Origin: Eledone cirrhosa | Taxonomy: Eukaryota | Direction of reading: 5' to 3' | Length of the DNA: 64,000 nucleotides | NCBI GenBank assembly: GCA_964016885.1 | Contig: OZ024747.1 | Coordinates: 65,038,001-65,102,000 of the forward strand | Part shown: positions 1 to 12,810 of the stretch, one piece after another | Position numbering within the stretch: position 1 is the first letter of the stretch | How the letters are laid out: every line of letters begins with the position of its first letter | The notes under the pieces: model-generated | Told to the model about the DNA's origin: nothing | Seen by the model: only the letters and a program-made list of their open reading frames with translations | Databases searched by the model: none | Made by a program: the position numbers and the translations under genes

Positions 1-78
1 GTGTGTGTGTGTGCGTGTGTGCGTGTGTGCGTGTGTGTGTGTGTGCGTGTGTGTGTGTGTGTGTGTGCGTGTGTGCGT

Positions 79-130
<52 letters not shown>

Positions 131-140
131 GTGTGTGCGC
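1..140. repeat. (GT)n/(GC)-interrupted microsatellite
   Basis: Direct dinucleotide repeat; explains ORF 5..190. Confidence 0.97.
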
Positions 141-652
141 GTAAAAGGCAGACAGTAATAACAAATATAACAAAACAAACGACACAGTAGATGGAAGAAA
201 TATATTGGTTTAACGATTGAAATAGCAGGAAGTGGGTCTTAACGTTTATATATACATGTGCGTGTATATTTATATATATATATATGTGTGTGTGTGTATG
301 TGTGTGTGGGGGAGGGGAGTGTTTATATATATATAAACCCATATATATATATATATACATATATACTTACATACATACATACATACACGTGTTTGTATGT
401 ATGATATGAATATGATTTATTAAATGAGCAAAGAAATCAATAAAAGAAACGAATTCATAAGAATGAATGAGAAAGGAGTGAAAATAGAGAAAACATATAC
501 ACTCCCTAAATTACTGTCACATTTACACACTCCCACAATTAGACATTTCTTCAATTAATGTCGCAATATACAGTATAACAAAGTCGTTATATTCTGGATT
601 AGATTTAAAATTATTATTGGTCACAGGCATCTAATAAATACTGTTATAATCA

Positions 653-666
653 CTATATATATATAT

Positions 667-753
<87 letters not shown>

Positions 754-891
754 TATATATATATATATGTGTGTGTGTGTAAGTATGAATATATACATAC
801 ATATATATATATATATGTAAATATATATATATATGTAAGTATATATATATATATATATATACACATACATATATATATATAAATATGTAAG

Positions 892-920
<29 letters not shown>
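653..920. repeat. compound (TA)n/(GT)n microsatellite
   Basis: Direct; explains IY/TH ORFs. Confidence 0.95.
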
Positions 921-923
<3 letters not shown>

Positions 924-1267
924 GATAAATCTACCAAGAGTTTACGGTAGTGTCCAATCCGTATGAAGAACTCAATGTAATCCGGATATCATGGAAAGAA
1001 GAGATGCAATGAAAAATCACTTTCGGTGAAAGATAAACGGAATACAGAGTCAAGATAAAATATTTAAAAAATAATGAATAAAACAATGAAACAGTTCCTT
1101 ATATTAAACAAAAAAAGTTCATTATTTAACGATCGTTTCTAGGATATATATGTGTTAGAATTGGCATGCATATTCAACAGATCTATGTACAAAATTATAC
1201 AAAATTATACAAACTATCAAAATTAAATATACATACCAACACATATATATGCCGTCTTCAGAAATAG

Positions 1268-1415
1268 ATTATTTCTGAAGACGGCATATATATGTGTTGG
1301 TATGTATATTTAATTTTGATAGTTTGTATAATTTTGTATAATTTTGTACATAGATCTGTTGAATATGCATGCCAATTCTAACACATATATATCCTAGAAA
1401 CGATCGTTAAATAAT
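1268..1415 (+). ncRNA. type-I hammerhead ribozyme motif with long stem II
   Basis: ATTATTT-CTGAAGA(1275)-stem II (ATATATATGTGTTGG...CTAACACATATATAT)-GAAAC-GATC-GTT-AAATAAT; stem I pairs perfectly. Confidence 0.7.
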
Positions 1416-1600
1416 TGTTTCTACTTTAGGCACAAGGCCAGCAATTACCCAGTGCATTACTGGTACTTTATTTTATCGACCCCGTAAGGATGAAAGGCAA
1501 AGTCAACCTCGGCAGGATTTGAACTCAGATCGTAAAGGGACGTAACTATGCTGGAAAGCATGGCGTCCGACCCTCTACCGATACTGCCAATCCACCGCCC
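1416..1600 (-). mobile_element. tRNA-derived SINE family A, full copy with 17-bp TSD
   Basis: Minus strand has box A TGGCAGTATCGG, box B GAGTTCAAATCC, body GCCTTTCATCCTTACGGGGTCGATAAAATAAAGTACCAG; TSD AACGATCGTTAAATAAT at 1399-1415 and 1602-1618. Confidence 0.9.
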
Positions 1601-1676
1601 TAACGATCGTTAAATAATGAACTTTTTTTGTTTAATATAAGGAACTGTTTCATTGTTTTATTCATTATTTTTTTAA

Positions 1677-1760
<84 letters not shown>

Positions 1761-1894
1761 GACACACAGACATACATACAAACATGCATATATATGGGTG
1801 TGTGTATGTATGAATTGTGACAATGAATGAGAATATAAGAATGTACAGAAAGGCTGTATGTTGCCGTGAGAATTTGGTTGGTCCGAGTGAAATT

Positions 1895-2082
1895 TATTTG
1901 GGCAAGTTGCCGCATAATGTCACACTCTTTCACGTCCTGGGTTCCAATCTCACCGATGCGAGCTTCGCTTTTCATCCTTACGGGGTCGATAAAAGAAAGT
2001 ACCAGTAACTCACTGAGATTTGATTTCATCGGCATTCCCTTTTCCTTCCAACTGCTGACCTTGTGCTGAATGTAGAAATAAT
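1895..2082 (+). mobile_element. diverged SINE A-related copy
   Basis: TTTTCATCCTTACGGGGTCGATAAAAG..AGTACCAG body and CCTTGTGC..GTAGAAA tail. Confidence 0.7.
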
Positions 2083-2299
2083 TTCGATAAACTGATGAGG
2101 TTGACATGTGCCTGTATTTGCGTTTCCATTTTTCTCTGAATTTCAGAACAGATCCCATAATATTAAATATTTTTACCTGACAAATTCTTCCAAGAAATTA
2201 CGGGTAAGCCCCCTACACCCGGATATGTCTCTGAAAACAACAACTCTTTACTAATTTAGACGTAGCCTGGGCCAACACTCCCCACGAAACCTATCAAAG

Positions 2300-2332
<33 letters not shown>

Positions 2333-2340
2333 CATAAATA

Positions 2341-2447
<107 letters not shown>

Positions 2448-2526
2448 AATAAGGAAGGAAGTGTGGGAAGTAACCAGCTGGACCATAACGCACCAAAGTA
2501 CTCGATATTGGGTAGAAGAGTGGGTA

Positions 2527-2652
2527 ATAGGAAAAGAGTCAGGACCCCGACGGCTGGGTTCCGGCCGTTTCGACAGCTAGGTCTGAACTGTTCAGACCTA
2601 GCTGTCGAAATGGCCGGAGCTCAGCAGTCGGGGGTCCTGACTCTTTTCCTAT
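2527..2652. repeat. (TA)n-associated palindrome, family shared with 27552-27664
   Basis: ~62-bp arms centred on GTCTGAAC-T-GTTCAGAC. Confidence 0.85.
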
Positions 2653-2959
2653 ATATATAAATATATATACATATAATTTTAAATTTAAAAAAAAAAAAAA
2701 TGTATATATGTGTATACATACATCGTTAGAGAAATATATATGCAGATGTAAAAAAAAACATTTAATATTTTGGAAACATGTTGATGCTCCAGACAAATAT
2801 CCTTTGAAATTTTGCACTGAGAAACATATTCATCATATATAGTGTGTATATTATACTTTAGTATATATATATATATATATATATACTCATATATATATAT
2901 ATATATTTATTTATTTATTTATATAAACCCTTCATCACATTTTAATCCTATTCTATTCC

Positions 2960-3440
2960 GTTCCTCAAAGAAGATACGTAAACATACTTGTTAGTTGTAA
3001 CCCTCAGATCTTCTAGAACTTAAGGAAAATATAAAACATAAACAATACTCTTAATTCACACAGATTGCATGTTTCTATTCGATGATTCGACATTATAATG
3101 ATTGGAGTAAATATAAGGGGAAATCTATTGAGTTTTGGTTTGAAATGTCCAACATAAAGAAATGTATTTTCTAATTGGAGATATGTGAGCGAAGTATTCT
3201 CTTTCAATTTATTTGAAGATCATTGCAGCACAACTTCAACTATCAAGTTAGTTTTGTGCTATTGGAATTTCCTGCCAACTAATCTGTTGTTCTGACTTTT
3301 CTCTTGCTTTTGTTCTTTAATATTCTTTGATTGACAACAATAACAATAAACACGTTCAATATGCTCTTCCTATTCTTGCATGAGCCAAAAACTTCTGTTT
3401 ACACTAACTTTGTGTTTCCATATAGTTGAAAATAGAACTG
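2960..3440 (-). mobile_element. degenerate Penelope-like 3' end (GIY-YIG C-terminus + pLTR)
   Basis: Minus frame ends ..GHFKPKLN, typical of the PLE GIY-YIG C-terminus; followed by a decayed hammerhead-like AGAAGAT-CTGAGG...ATCTTCT. Confidence 0.35.
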
Positions 3441-3479
3441 GAAGGGAAATAATTGATGTTTTTAAACATGTCTAAAGAA

Positions 3480-3930
3480 GGCGGCGTATTAACAGAGTCA
3501 TTGGAACGTCGAGTAGAATGCTTTGCGGTATTGGTTCCGACTCTCTACGCTCTGAGTTCAAATCCCATTGATGTCAACGTTGCCTTTCATATTCTCAGAC
3601 CTGTCAACTCTCCCTGTCGGACGGGGAGATTTCCTACCCGCTTTGAGGTGGGTGACAGATGTCTTCTCTAGTGAAAATGGGTTTTTGCTTTCATTATCAA
3701 AATCACCCCATTTTGCCTCATTTCTCCCAGTTTTCGGGTACTTTTTTTCAGGGTACTCCCCGTTTGGGTTTTTAGAGGTTGGCAGATCTGTCTTCTCGAG
3801 ATCAATAAAAAGATTACTAGTCCAGTACTGGAGTCCGTTCTTCGTTTTTTATCTCTTTCTGTCTCTCATTCTCCCTCTTTCTCTGGAAGAAATCGGCTGT
3901 GTTCAGAACTGGAGAGGGGATGAACTCCAA
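3480..3930 (+). mobile_element. SINE (A-related head, different tail; family A2) interrupted by a MITE-like insert
   Basis: GAGTTCAAATCC box B; tail shared with 7045-7385 and 9680-10215. Confidence 0.7.
3596..3790. mobile_element. MITE-like insert
   Basis: Imperfect TIR CAGACCTGTCAAC / GTTGGCAGATCTG splitting the SINE body; TSD unclear. Confidence 0.5.
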
Positions 3931-4069
3931 CAGGTTTTAAATACCCAACAAACCACGGGTTTCATTATAACGCCCTTCCACACAAGTGAGAATTACGGGT
4001 CTAAGAAAAAAAGCATATATACAACCACACAGCTCCACTCTTTGATGTTGTGACAATATTAAAGAACCC

Positions 4070-4380
4070 TGTAGTAGTAGCAGCAGCAGCAGCAGCACTA
4101 ACGTTCGCCGTGGAATAGCTTCTGCCATTAATATATAACAACAAATACTACTGTCACAACAATAACAACAGTAACACCAACACCAAGAACAGAAGCTACT
4201 TCCTAGAACAACAACAGGAACAACAACAACAGGAACAACAACAAGAAAATAACTACAGAAGCTACTGCAACAACAACAATACCAAATGTCGACAAAATCT
4301 ACTGCTACAACAACAACAATAATACCAACAAAGGTTACTACTGTAACAACAACAACAAATACCAAACAGAAGCTACTGGT
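4070..4380. repeat. (AAC/AGC)n low-complexity repeat
   Basis: Direct. Confidence 0.8.
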
Positions 4381-4545
4381 AACCAGTCATTTAAAGGGAA
4401 AACACACATAACCAGTAAGATTAATTATTTCAAAAGATTCCATTTCCCAGGAAAGCATGGCCGACAAGACTTGACGTATTACATGGAAATTCTGTTGTCT
4501 AATTTGTACGGCTTTGTTATTTGTACGACTTTAACATGATATATC

Positions 4546-4617
<72 letters not shown>

Positions 4618-4914
4618 TAGCGAGAATTGCATTTCGACGAGTAGAAATTAGCGAAACGCAACTTCCATATTGTGCTGACAAGCGCTCGATGGAGCTGAAG
4701 AAAATACCAGAGCTTTAAACATAAGTTAAAAAGGTCATACACGCTGAGACGATGGTTAAGAAGCCATTAACCACCATAGCCAAAAAAGCGAACAAGCTAA
4801 AACGGGTCAAACAAAATGAGATATGATTGAAATATTTACCCGGACCCTTTATTGGAAGATGGAATGCTCCGAAAGTGGGTTTCTGCAACGCCTAAATCAA
4901 TAATACTGTCTGCT

Positions 4915-4952
<38 letters not shown>

Positions 4953-4955
<3 letters not shown>

Positions 4956-5325
4956 TGAATCTTCGCTTATCCGGACGGTCAAAACCAAACAGAAAAAGAT
5001 CCGGTTAAGTGAAATATCCAGATAAGTGAATTCTAAAATCCCATTGTTACATAATGCTCGTGGTTTCTAATATTTTGGCTTCTTTTAGTCAAAATAAAAG
5101 ACAAATGCTAAGTAAAGAAAGTTTATTAGAATAACAAAAGAACAGCTAGAATTTATAAGAAAATTAATTAAACAATCATAAGAATAACTAAAAACTTGGT
5201 ATAACTGAATTGAGTCAAACCATAAAAAGTTCGTACTTTTTTTTAAATGAATAAATAGTAGTATAGAAATAGCCGTCCGGTAAATCGAATTTCGGAAAAG
5301 CGATATCCGGATAAGCGAAGATGCA

Positions 5326-5328
<3 letters not shown>
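4953..5328. mobile_element. pogo/Tigger-like (Tc1/mariner superfamily) MITE
   Basis: TIRs CAGTGAATCTTCGCTTATCCGGA / TCCGGATAAGCGAAGATGCACTG, TA flanks inside a (TA)n tract, subterminal ATCCGGATAAGTGAA-like repeats. Confidence 0.88.
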
Positions 5329-5394
<66 letters not shown>

Positions 5395-5396
<2 letters not shown>

Positions 5397-5717
5397 ACAC
5401 ACAAAACAAGGTAGTGTAGGACAGAACAAAGGAGGGACCTAGTCAGTCACTGAGGAGACAGAGAATGAGCTTTGACAATGTATAAACAACTATCCGGTTA
5501 TCGAACCAACCGGAAATTTACAATAAACTGAAGTGAAATCCAACAAGTGTGTGAGTTTTTATTTGTATCATGACCCTCCCAAAGTATAACAATATCTGTT
5601 TCAACACACGTTTTCAGATAACAAATCTTGCAAAACAATTCAAAAACAGGAGATGAGATCATATGCAACAAACACCTATGAGAGTCGGTAAACTAAATAA
5701 ACAAATTCAAAAACGAA

Positions 5718-5720
<3 letters not shown>
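5395..5720 (+). mobile_element. (TA)n-flanked pLTR-like repeat with decayed hammerhead; related copies at 6245-6400 (inverted) and 23020-23235
   Basis: GTCA-CTGAGGAG...GAGCTTTGAC; shared CCCAAA.TATAACAAT segment. Confidence 0.55.
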
Positions 5721-5783
<63 letters not shown>

Positions 5784-6010
5784 CTGGACCAGGCGATGCG
5801 TTATGTCCTTGAGCAAGACACTTTATTTCACGTTGCTCCTTCTACCTGGAGTTGCGACCGATAGATAGTATTAGCAATTGGAAAGACCAACGGAAACATT
5901 GTTCCCTCGGTCCGATTTGACGAAAGTCGATCGTTCCTAATATATATATATATATATGTATAGAGACAGAGAGAGAGTGAGTGAGTGAGTGAGTGAGTGA
6001 GTGGGTGAGT

Positions 6011-6062
<52 letters not shown>

Positions 6063-6723
6063 ACACGGGTGTGTATGATTGTGTATAGAAGATTATATTA
6101 ATAAAAGGAATTCCAAATTTGTCTGATTTACTCGTTTTATTTACAATCCTTTAAAATTTATAATGGTATTAGAATGAAATAGTATGGTAGAATATTAAAT
6201 GTTAAGTTCATAATGTGTGGTGACAGTCAAGTTTGCAAATATATATATATACATTTCGTTTTTGAATATATATACATTTCGTTTTTGAATTTGTTTTGCA
6301 AGATTTCTTATCTGAAAACGTGTGTTGAAACAGATATTGTTATACTTTTGGAGGGTCATGCTGCCAATAAAAACACACCCACCTGTTGGTTATCCTTGAT
6401 ATATATATGATAGCTGAAAACTCTGTTAAGAGAATTGCAATCGTCGGCCAACACACTTCTAGCCGCTGATTTTTATCATTTGGGGTAAATTTTGCCCGAG
6501 GCCGTCATTGACGGCATTTTGCTGTTTTAACAGCTTTTCTTGCGTTGAGTTCTTTTCATTAGTCTATGAATTCTAATATACTCGCGCTTCAACTCGTTCT
6601 TCGAGAAAACTTTGTTTACATATATAATTATTTTTGTCACTATACGAGATAACTTATAGAACTGTAGATATTTTTGACATCTGAGAAGTTTTTTTCTGCA
6701 TGGAATACTCAGTCGCTTACACA

Positions 6724-7040
6724 CTAATACAGTGAATAGACTATTCTAATACAGTGAGTAGATAACATTAATACACTGAGTATATCATTCTAATACAAAA
6801 AGTAGGTAATTCTAATACAAACAGTAGCTAATTCTAATACAGTGAGTAGGTAATTCTAATACAGTGAGTAGGTAATTCTAATACAGTGAGTAGCTAATTC
6901 TAATACAGTGATTAGGTAATTCTAATACAGTGATTAGATAATTCTAATACAGTGAGTAGGTAATTCTAATACAGTGAGTAGGTAATTCTAATACAGTGAG
7001 TAGGTAATTCTAATACAATAAATAGATAATTTTAATACAA
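6724..7040. repeat. 22-bp minisatellite (TAATTCTAATACAGTGAGTAGG)n, ~14 units; resumes at 7601-7655 after SINE insertions
   Basis: Direct tandem units with period 22. Confidence 0.92.
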
Positions 7041-7044
7041 TAAG

Positions 7045-7598
7045 TGTGTATGTATGGTCCTGAAATTCCTGATAGGGCCGTAGGGTCACCGTATTGACAT
7101 ACAGATTTTCTTGGGCATTTAAGCCTGGCAGAGCCCACCCCTCTCCAGGCCTGAGTACAGCAGATTTCTTCCAGAGAAAGATAAAAAGTGAGAAAGAGGA
7201 AAAGAGAAAGAGATATGGAGGAAGAATCTCCCCCACCTCCAACCCCAATACTAGACTGATACTTTTTTGTTATCGACCTCGAAAGGATGAAAAGCAAAGT
7301 TGACCTCGGCGGGATTTGAACTCAGAGAACGAATACAGAACGAATACAGCGAAACATTCTATCCGACGTTCTAACAACTCTGCTAATTCTCATATAGGCA
7401 CAAGGCCAGCAATTTGGGGAAAGGGGAAAGTCAATTAAATCGACTCCAATGCATTACTGGTGCTTTATTTTATCGACCCCGTAAGGATGAAAGGCAAAGT
7501 TAACCTCGGCGGGATTTGAACTCAGAACGAAAAGGGCCATAACTCTATGCTGCAAAGCATGGAGTCTGACGCTCTACTGATACTGCTAATTCACCGCC
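7045..7598 (-). mobile_element. two adjacent SINEs (A2 7045-7385; A 7395-7598)
   Basis: Two GGATTTGAACTC box-B reverse complements plus family bodies. Confidence 0.85.
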
Positions 7599-8109
7599 TA
7601 TAATACAATACCTATAATACAATGAGTAGGTAATTCTAATATAAAAAGTAGGTATTCATCTAAAATGCCCATCGTCGAATGCAACGCAGGACCATTTATA
7701 ATATTGGATGTTTCACTTTAATAACTTATCTCTTCTCTTCTCTTTCTATTCCATGAATCTCTGGCAAATGTATTCCATTTTGCCTCTTCACTTAATTTAC
7801 GTTTTATCTTGGAATCAGTTTATCTTGGGATATCTTGGAATCAATTCACTTTTAATCTCCACACTAAATAAGCATTTAAGTGAGACAGATAACCATTTAG
7901 TTTCTTCAGACCACACTAAAGCTTCAATGTACTTTTCTGGAGCCTTTTTTCTCTACAAACACGTCCATCTGATCTTATATATTAGTCTCTCTCTCTGTTT
8001 GTTGTTAGTCATATCAAATATTTCTTCCTTCCTATTACTGCTGATCCTCGTCAGGAAATATCGTTAGGAACCACACAGATGCTATCAAGAATGTTGTCTA
8101 CTTTACTTA

Positions 8110-8165
8110 CATGCACATGCGCGTACACACACGCACACGCACGCGCATGCGCATACACACACACG

Positions 8166-8225
<60 letters not shown>

Positions 8226-8490
8226 AACATACACACACAAACACACACAATCACACGCAGCCACACAAACACACATTTATTTTATCTTTATCTATGTATT
8301 TATGTATCAACTCCTCTATATCTTTCTTTTCATCATCATCATTATAATCACGAGCATCATCATCATCATCTTCATCATCATCTCCATCATCACCCTCATC
8401 ATCATCATCATTATCATCATCATCATTATTATCATCATCATCATTATTATCATCATCATTATCGACGTCCATCATCATTATCATCATTAT
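8110..8490. repeat. (CA)n, (TA)n and (ATC)n microsatellites
   Basis: Direct; explains poly-His/Ile/Asp ORFs. Confidence 0.92.
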
Positions 8491-8789
8491 CAATATCGAC
8501 GTCGTTGGACGTCAATATTTTAATCATCATTATTTTCATGGATGCCATTGCCAAAATGCTGATTCAGTGACTGGGTTTGCTGGATCACGGATGGGTGATC
8601 AGATAAATGGATGAATTGATAGATTTTTAGCTGAAAATAGTGGAGCAGTGTGAAATGACGTGTATTTCTCAAGAACACAACACATAACTCAGTCCTGGAA
8701 TTGAACTCGTGGCATTATAATCTTAAATTCAACACCCTAACCTTTTGACCACGCATCTATTTAAATTAACCTGTGGGTACATAAGGGTT

Positions 8790-8965
8790 TCTGATTAGAC
8801 ACAAGGCCAGCGGGAAAGTCGATTAAATTGACCCTAGTGTGTTACTGGTACTTTATTTTTATCGACCCAGTGAGGATGAAAGGCCGAGTTAACCTTGGCA
8901 GGATTTGAACTCAGAACGTAAAGGGCTATAACACTATACTGGCCGACTCTCTACCGTCTCTGCCA
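8790..8965 (-). mobile_element. SINE A copy
   Basis: Family body and box B. Confidence 0.8.
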
Positions 8966-9679
8966 TGTTGTATGTTTTACATGTCTGTAAAACCTTGTCT
9001 TTAGGTTATATATTTTCTCTGTCTCTGTAACATTCTCAATGTCTACATTACATATTGTTCCTGTATTTAAGTTCCATAATCAACCTACCTTTATTCATAG
9101 TACTTCAACTATTTTATTATTTAATAATTCTTCTCAAGATTGATCAGGTGGTGATGTTTTAAATATCGTTTGATTGTTCAGTGATTATTATTTTAAATAT
9201 TTACTTTCCATAACTCTTACGCAAATGTCTTATATTTCTCACGCAGTTAATGTTGTTGTTGTTGTTGTTGTTATGCTGTTTTCTGTTATTACTTAATTCT
9301 TGGAACAGTTGTTTTACTTTAGACAAATTGTTTGTCACTTTTAATAACATCGTATACTTAACAATTTAAAGAATATCTCTCTCTAGACAGTCTTTAATTT
9401 CTCATACAAAGTTCTTTATATTCTTGTAGTTTTGTGCAATGTTTTATCTAGTTCTTCGTTTATGTGTTCCTTGCTTTTGTATTTCGTTAATGATTAAAAG
9501 AATGTTTTTGGTTTTTGTTTCCGATTTTCTATGTAAATTTATTTTACACGTTCTTTGAGTGTGTTTATCTGTTCCTTTATCAATGGTTGAGAAAGTAATC
9601 CACGTTAGTTTGTGGTTACTGCGGTTGCTCAATAGATTAGTTAATTTATCGTGTTAAGCTCGATATCTGGGTGATATGC

Positions 9680-10215
9680 CTGCGTGCATGGTCCCCCATA
9701 ATTCCTGAGAGAGCCGTAGGAGCGCCAATTTTAAAATACGGCGTTTCTAGGTCATTTTTAAGTCTGACAGAGCCCAATCCTCTGCAGATATAACTACAGC
9801 AAATTTCTTCCAGATAAGGAAAGAGAGCGAGAGAATGGAAGTAAGAAAGGGATAGAGAGGAAGGATCGACTCCAATACTTGACTGTTACTCTTTTATCGA
9901 CTTTGAATTGATGAAAGGCAAAGTTGACCTTCGCGGGTTTTGAACTCAGAGAAGTAGAGAGCCGAAACGAATACCGTAAAGAAGGCATGTCAAACATGCG
10001 GCCCTTTACAAACACACGTGCGGCCCGCACAAAGATTTCACAGCCCGAGCATGTTTTATCTTCGTAATATAGAATTTTAAAAATTAGTTGTAATGTGCGC
10101 AATTAGATGCCGTATGTGGCCCTCAGACAACACATATGTGACTCACGTGGTCCTCGGGAGCCTTCAGTTTGACATGCCTGCCGTAAAGCATTCTATCCGA
10201 CGTTGAAACGACTTG
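9680..10215 (-). mobile_element. SINE A2 interrupted by a hAT MITE
   Basis: Similar to 7045-7385. Confidence 0.7.
9982..10180. mobile_element. hAT (Charlie-like) MITE
   Basis: TIR (A)AGGCATGTCAAAC / GTTTGACATGCCTG; 8-bp TSD CCGTAAAG at 9974-9981 and 10181-10188; GCGGCCC subterminal motifs. Confidence 0.9.
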
Positions 10216-10423
10216 GATGATATCTTAGTTATATTAATATCATGATATCAGAGTGGTATCATGGTAACATTGATGGTTGTAGCTTCACGATCTTCACATC
10301 ACATGGTTTTGATGGTCCATCCTTAAGCAAATGTGTTCTACCATAGCGTAGCGCTGATCAGGAGACAGTATTGAATTGCATCGAGGAAAACTGTACAAAA
10401 GTCTGCTGTATGTATGTGTGTGG

Positions 10424-10485
<62 letters not shown>

Positions 10486-10529
10486 GTGCGTGTGTGTGTG
10501 TTTATGTGTGTGTGTATAGATATATATAT

Positions 10530-10855
10530 AATTGTTTCTACTTTTGGCACAAGGCCAACAATTATCCCAGTGTATTACTGGTACTTTATTTTATCGACCC
10601 CGTAAGGATGAAAGGCAAATATATATATATATATATAATTGTTTCTACTTTTGGCATGGTTTCTTATATAGGCACAAGGCCAGCAATTTTGGGGCAGGGG
10701 AAAGTCGATTAAATCAATCCCAGTGCGTGACTGGTACTTTATGTTATCGACCCCGTAAGGATGAGAAGGCAAAGTTAACCTCAGCGTGATTTGAACTCAG
10801 ATCATAAAGGGCCGTAACTCTATGCTGCAAAGCATGGTGTCCGGCTCTCTACCGG
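10530..10855 (-). mobile_element. two SINE A copies (one truncated)
   Basis: Family sequence. Confidence 0.85.
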
Positions 10856-12182
10856 GTGTGTGAGCAGTATAGCTACAGTATACGCATATCTTTCACCTAT
10901 GTATATTAGCGAATAATATAAATATAGGCAAAACAAAAAGAAAATGCTACATTGTGACCGATTTCTAGCAATACTTTTGTGGGGAAAGAGTGAGGCGTGT
11001 AGCTGAGTGGATGAACATTTTATTGTGAAAGTAAATGTTTTGCTTTCGTCTCTTTTTACCTGGGGATAGAAATGTGCTAGAGTATAGATGTCGTTGTTTT
11101 CTTGGTTATATATCGATTGTGGTACGAGCTTATAACATTTAGTCTCCGTATTCATGTGGCACCATTGTCTGCATAATAGCCAATGCCAATGCCATCTATG
11201 TGAATGTATTCTATTTTCTTGAGAAAACTCTACAGGTATATTATACATATATGTTGAATGTTATCTTATATAGCCGATGACTATATTGTCTGCAGTTGAT
11301 GTTTTAGCTTCTTGCTTTATCTTCTTTTATATCTATTTTATGTTTGTTGTTTGTGCTTTGTCGTTGATGTTGTGTATCTTAGCAGATCTCTCTATTCATT
11401 CCGTGCGTAACTTTGAAGTTATATTTTGCTTTCATTTTGGATCACATTTCCTTTGTATTGCCTGGCAGGATACCTATCATAGAGTTGTTCCATCTGTTTA
11501 TTTCATCTTTAGTATTTTCTAAAAGTTCTTCCTTTCATTCCATTGTTTGTTTTCTTTAACGTTTGTATTAAAATATTTTAACTCAGTGGAGGTTTGTTTC
11601 TATCGTTTATACTTTGTTTTCGTGTAGCTTTATATTATTTTTTTTTATATTTGTTATGCTATTCTAGCGAACACAGCTGTCTACTCTTGTTTCCATCAAA
11701 GTATCCGCCAATATCAACTTTGCCTTATCTAGCAGGGGGTCAATAAAATAAAGTACCAATCATGTACTGTGGTTGGTTTAATCAATTTTACCCTTCTTCT
11801 AAATTTGCTGGCCATGTTTCTAAATTAGAAATCAATATTTTCGTTGTTGCTTTTGCTGAAAATTTTTTTACTGCAGGTTTCTTCCTCCTTGCATGCATGG
11901 TAGGTATATACTATTTACATTAGTATTGCCTTTGTGAGTTTAGATTGCAATGAGATTATGTTTTCTGGCTTACCTGGTATAACAATCGTTTTCCAATTTA
12001 ATATAATGGATTAACAAATTATGACTCGTATCATTAGTTTATGATATAACAGATATAACTGATATATTTACATTAGATATAATTTACTCTATCACACTTG
12101 TATTACACTTTCCATTCTCTGTAATGACTGTATATTATTTTATTTAGAGTATATTTGCATTTTCCCATGTCTCAGTTTGTAC

Positions 12183-12548
12183 AGAGGGTCGGTCGCCATG
12201 CCTTGCAGTATAGAGTTACGGCCCTTTGCGATCTGAGTTCAAATCCCGCCGAGGTTAACTTTGCCTTACGGGGTTGATAAAATAAAGTACCAGTAATGTA
12301 CTGGAATAATTGCTGGCCTTGTGCCAAAAGTAGAAACAATTATTTAATTTAGATATGGGCGGTGGATTGGCAACATCGGTGGAGCGTCAGACAACATGCT
12401 TTGCAGCAAAGAGTTATGGCCCTTGCATTCTGAGTTCAAATTCCACCGAGATTAACTTTGCCTTTCATTCTTACGGGGTCGATAAGATAAAGCACCAGTA
12501 ATGCAGTGGGGTAATTGCAGGCCTTGTGCTTAAAGTAGAAACAATTAT
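12183..12548 (+). mobile_element. two tandem SINE A copies
   Basis: Family sequence, (ATT) tails. Confidence 0.85.
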
Positions 12549-12561
12549 TTCATTTTGAGTC

Positions 12562-12810
12562 GAACGCTAAAGTTTGCCCCACGCCAGGTGGCTCATCTGG
12601 TTGGAGCTTATTCTAGTTTCATTGGTGTAAAGCAATTGAGGGTATAAGAATGTCTTGAGTGGTCTAGCACCCAGATACTGCTGTTGGGATACATTTGCAG
12701 TGCTGAAGACCGAAGCAACGTAAATGAAGTGTTTTGTTCAAGAACACAGTATGCCACACGGCCTCGAGATCGAACGCACAACATTTCGATCATGAGCGAA
12801 ATAACCTAAG
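12562..12810 (-). mobile_element. older tRNA-derived SINE (family C); related copies ~22790-23010(-), 52067-52330(+), 54525-54608(+, tail)
   Basis: GTGTTCTTGAACAAAACACTT core-like segment and GAAAC..GAATAAGCTCC tail. Confidence 0.6.

Larger units (their letters stand above)
921..1681. mobile_element. (TA)n-embedded fold-back element (Penelope pLTR-like) with hammerhead motif; right arm interrupted by a SINE
   Basis: Arm 1057-1266 is the reverse complement of 1270-1415 plus 1619-1681; 3-nt loop GAT; a related copy lies at 39463-39638. Confidence 0.8.

Noticed and set aside
4845-4885. Hammerhead-like GGAAGAT-GGA-ATGC-TCC-GAAAG
   Set aside because: Lacks CUGA and has no stem III or cleavage triplet
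6724-7040. CRISPR-like arrays (also 14065-16257 and 42653-42965)
   Set aside because: Head-to-tail units with no unique spacers, eukaryotic context, no cas genes
11877-11899. Possible micro-exons with good splice signals (also ~19459-19491+, 20882-20906+, 46014-46066+, 53758-53783-)
   Set aside because: Too short to assess; no recognisable peptide or consistent gene chain without transcript data
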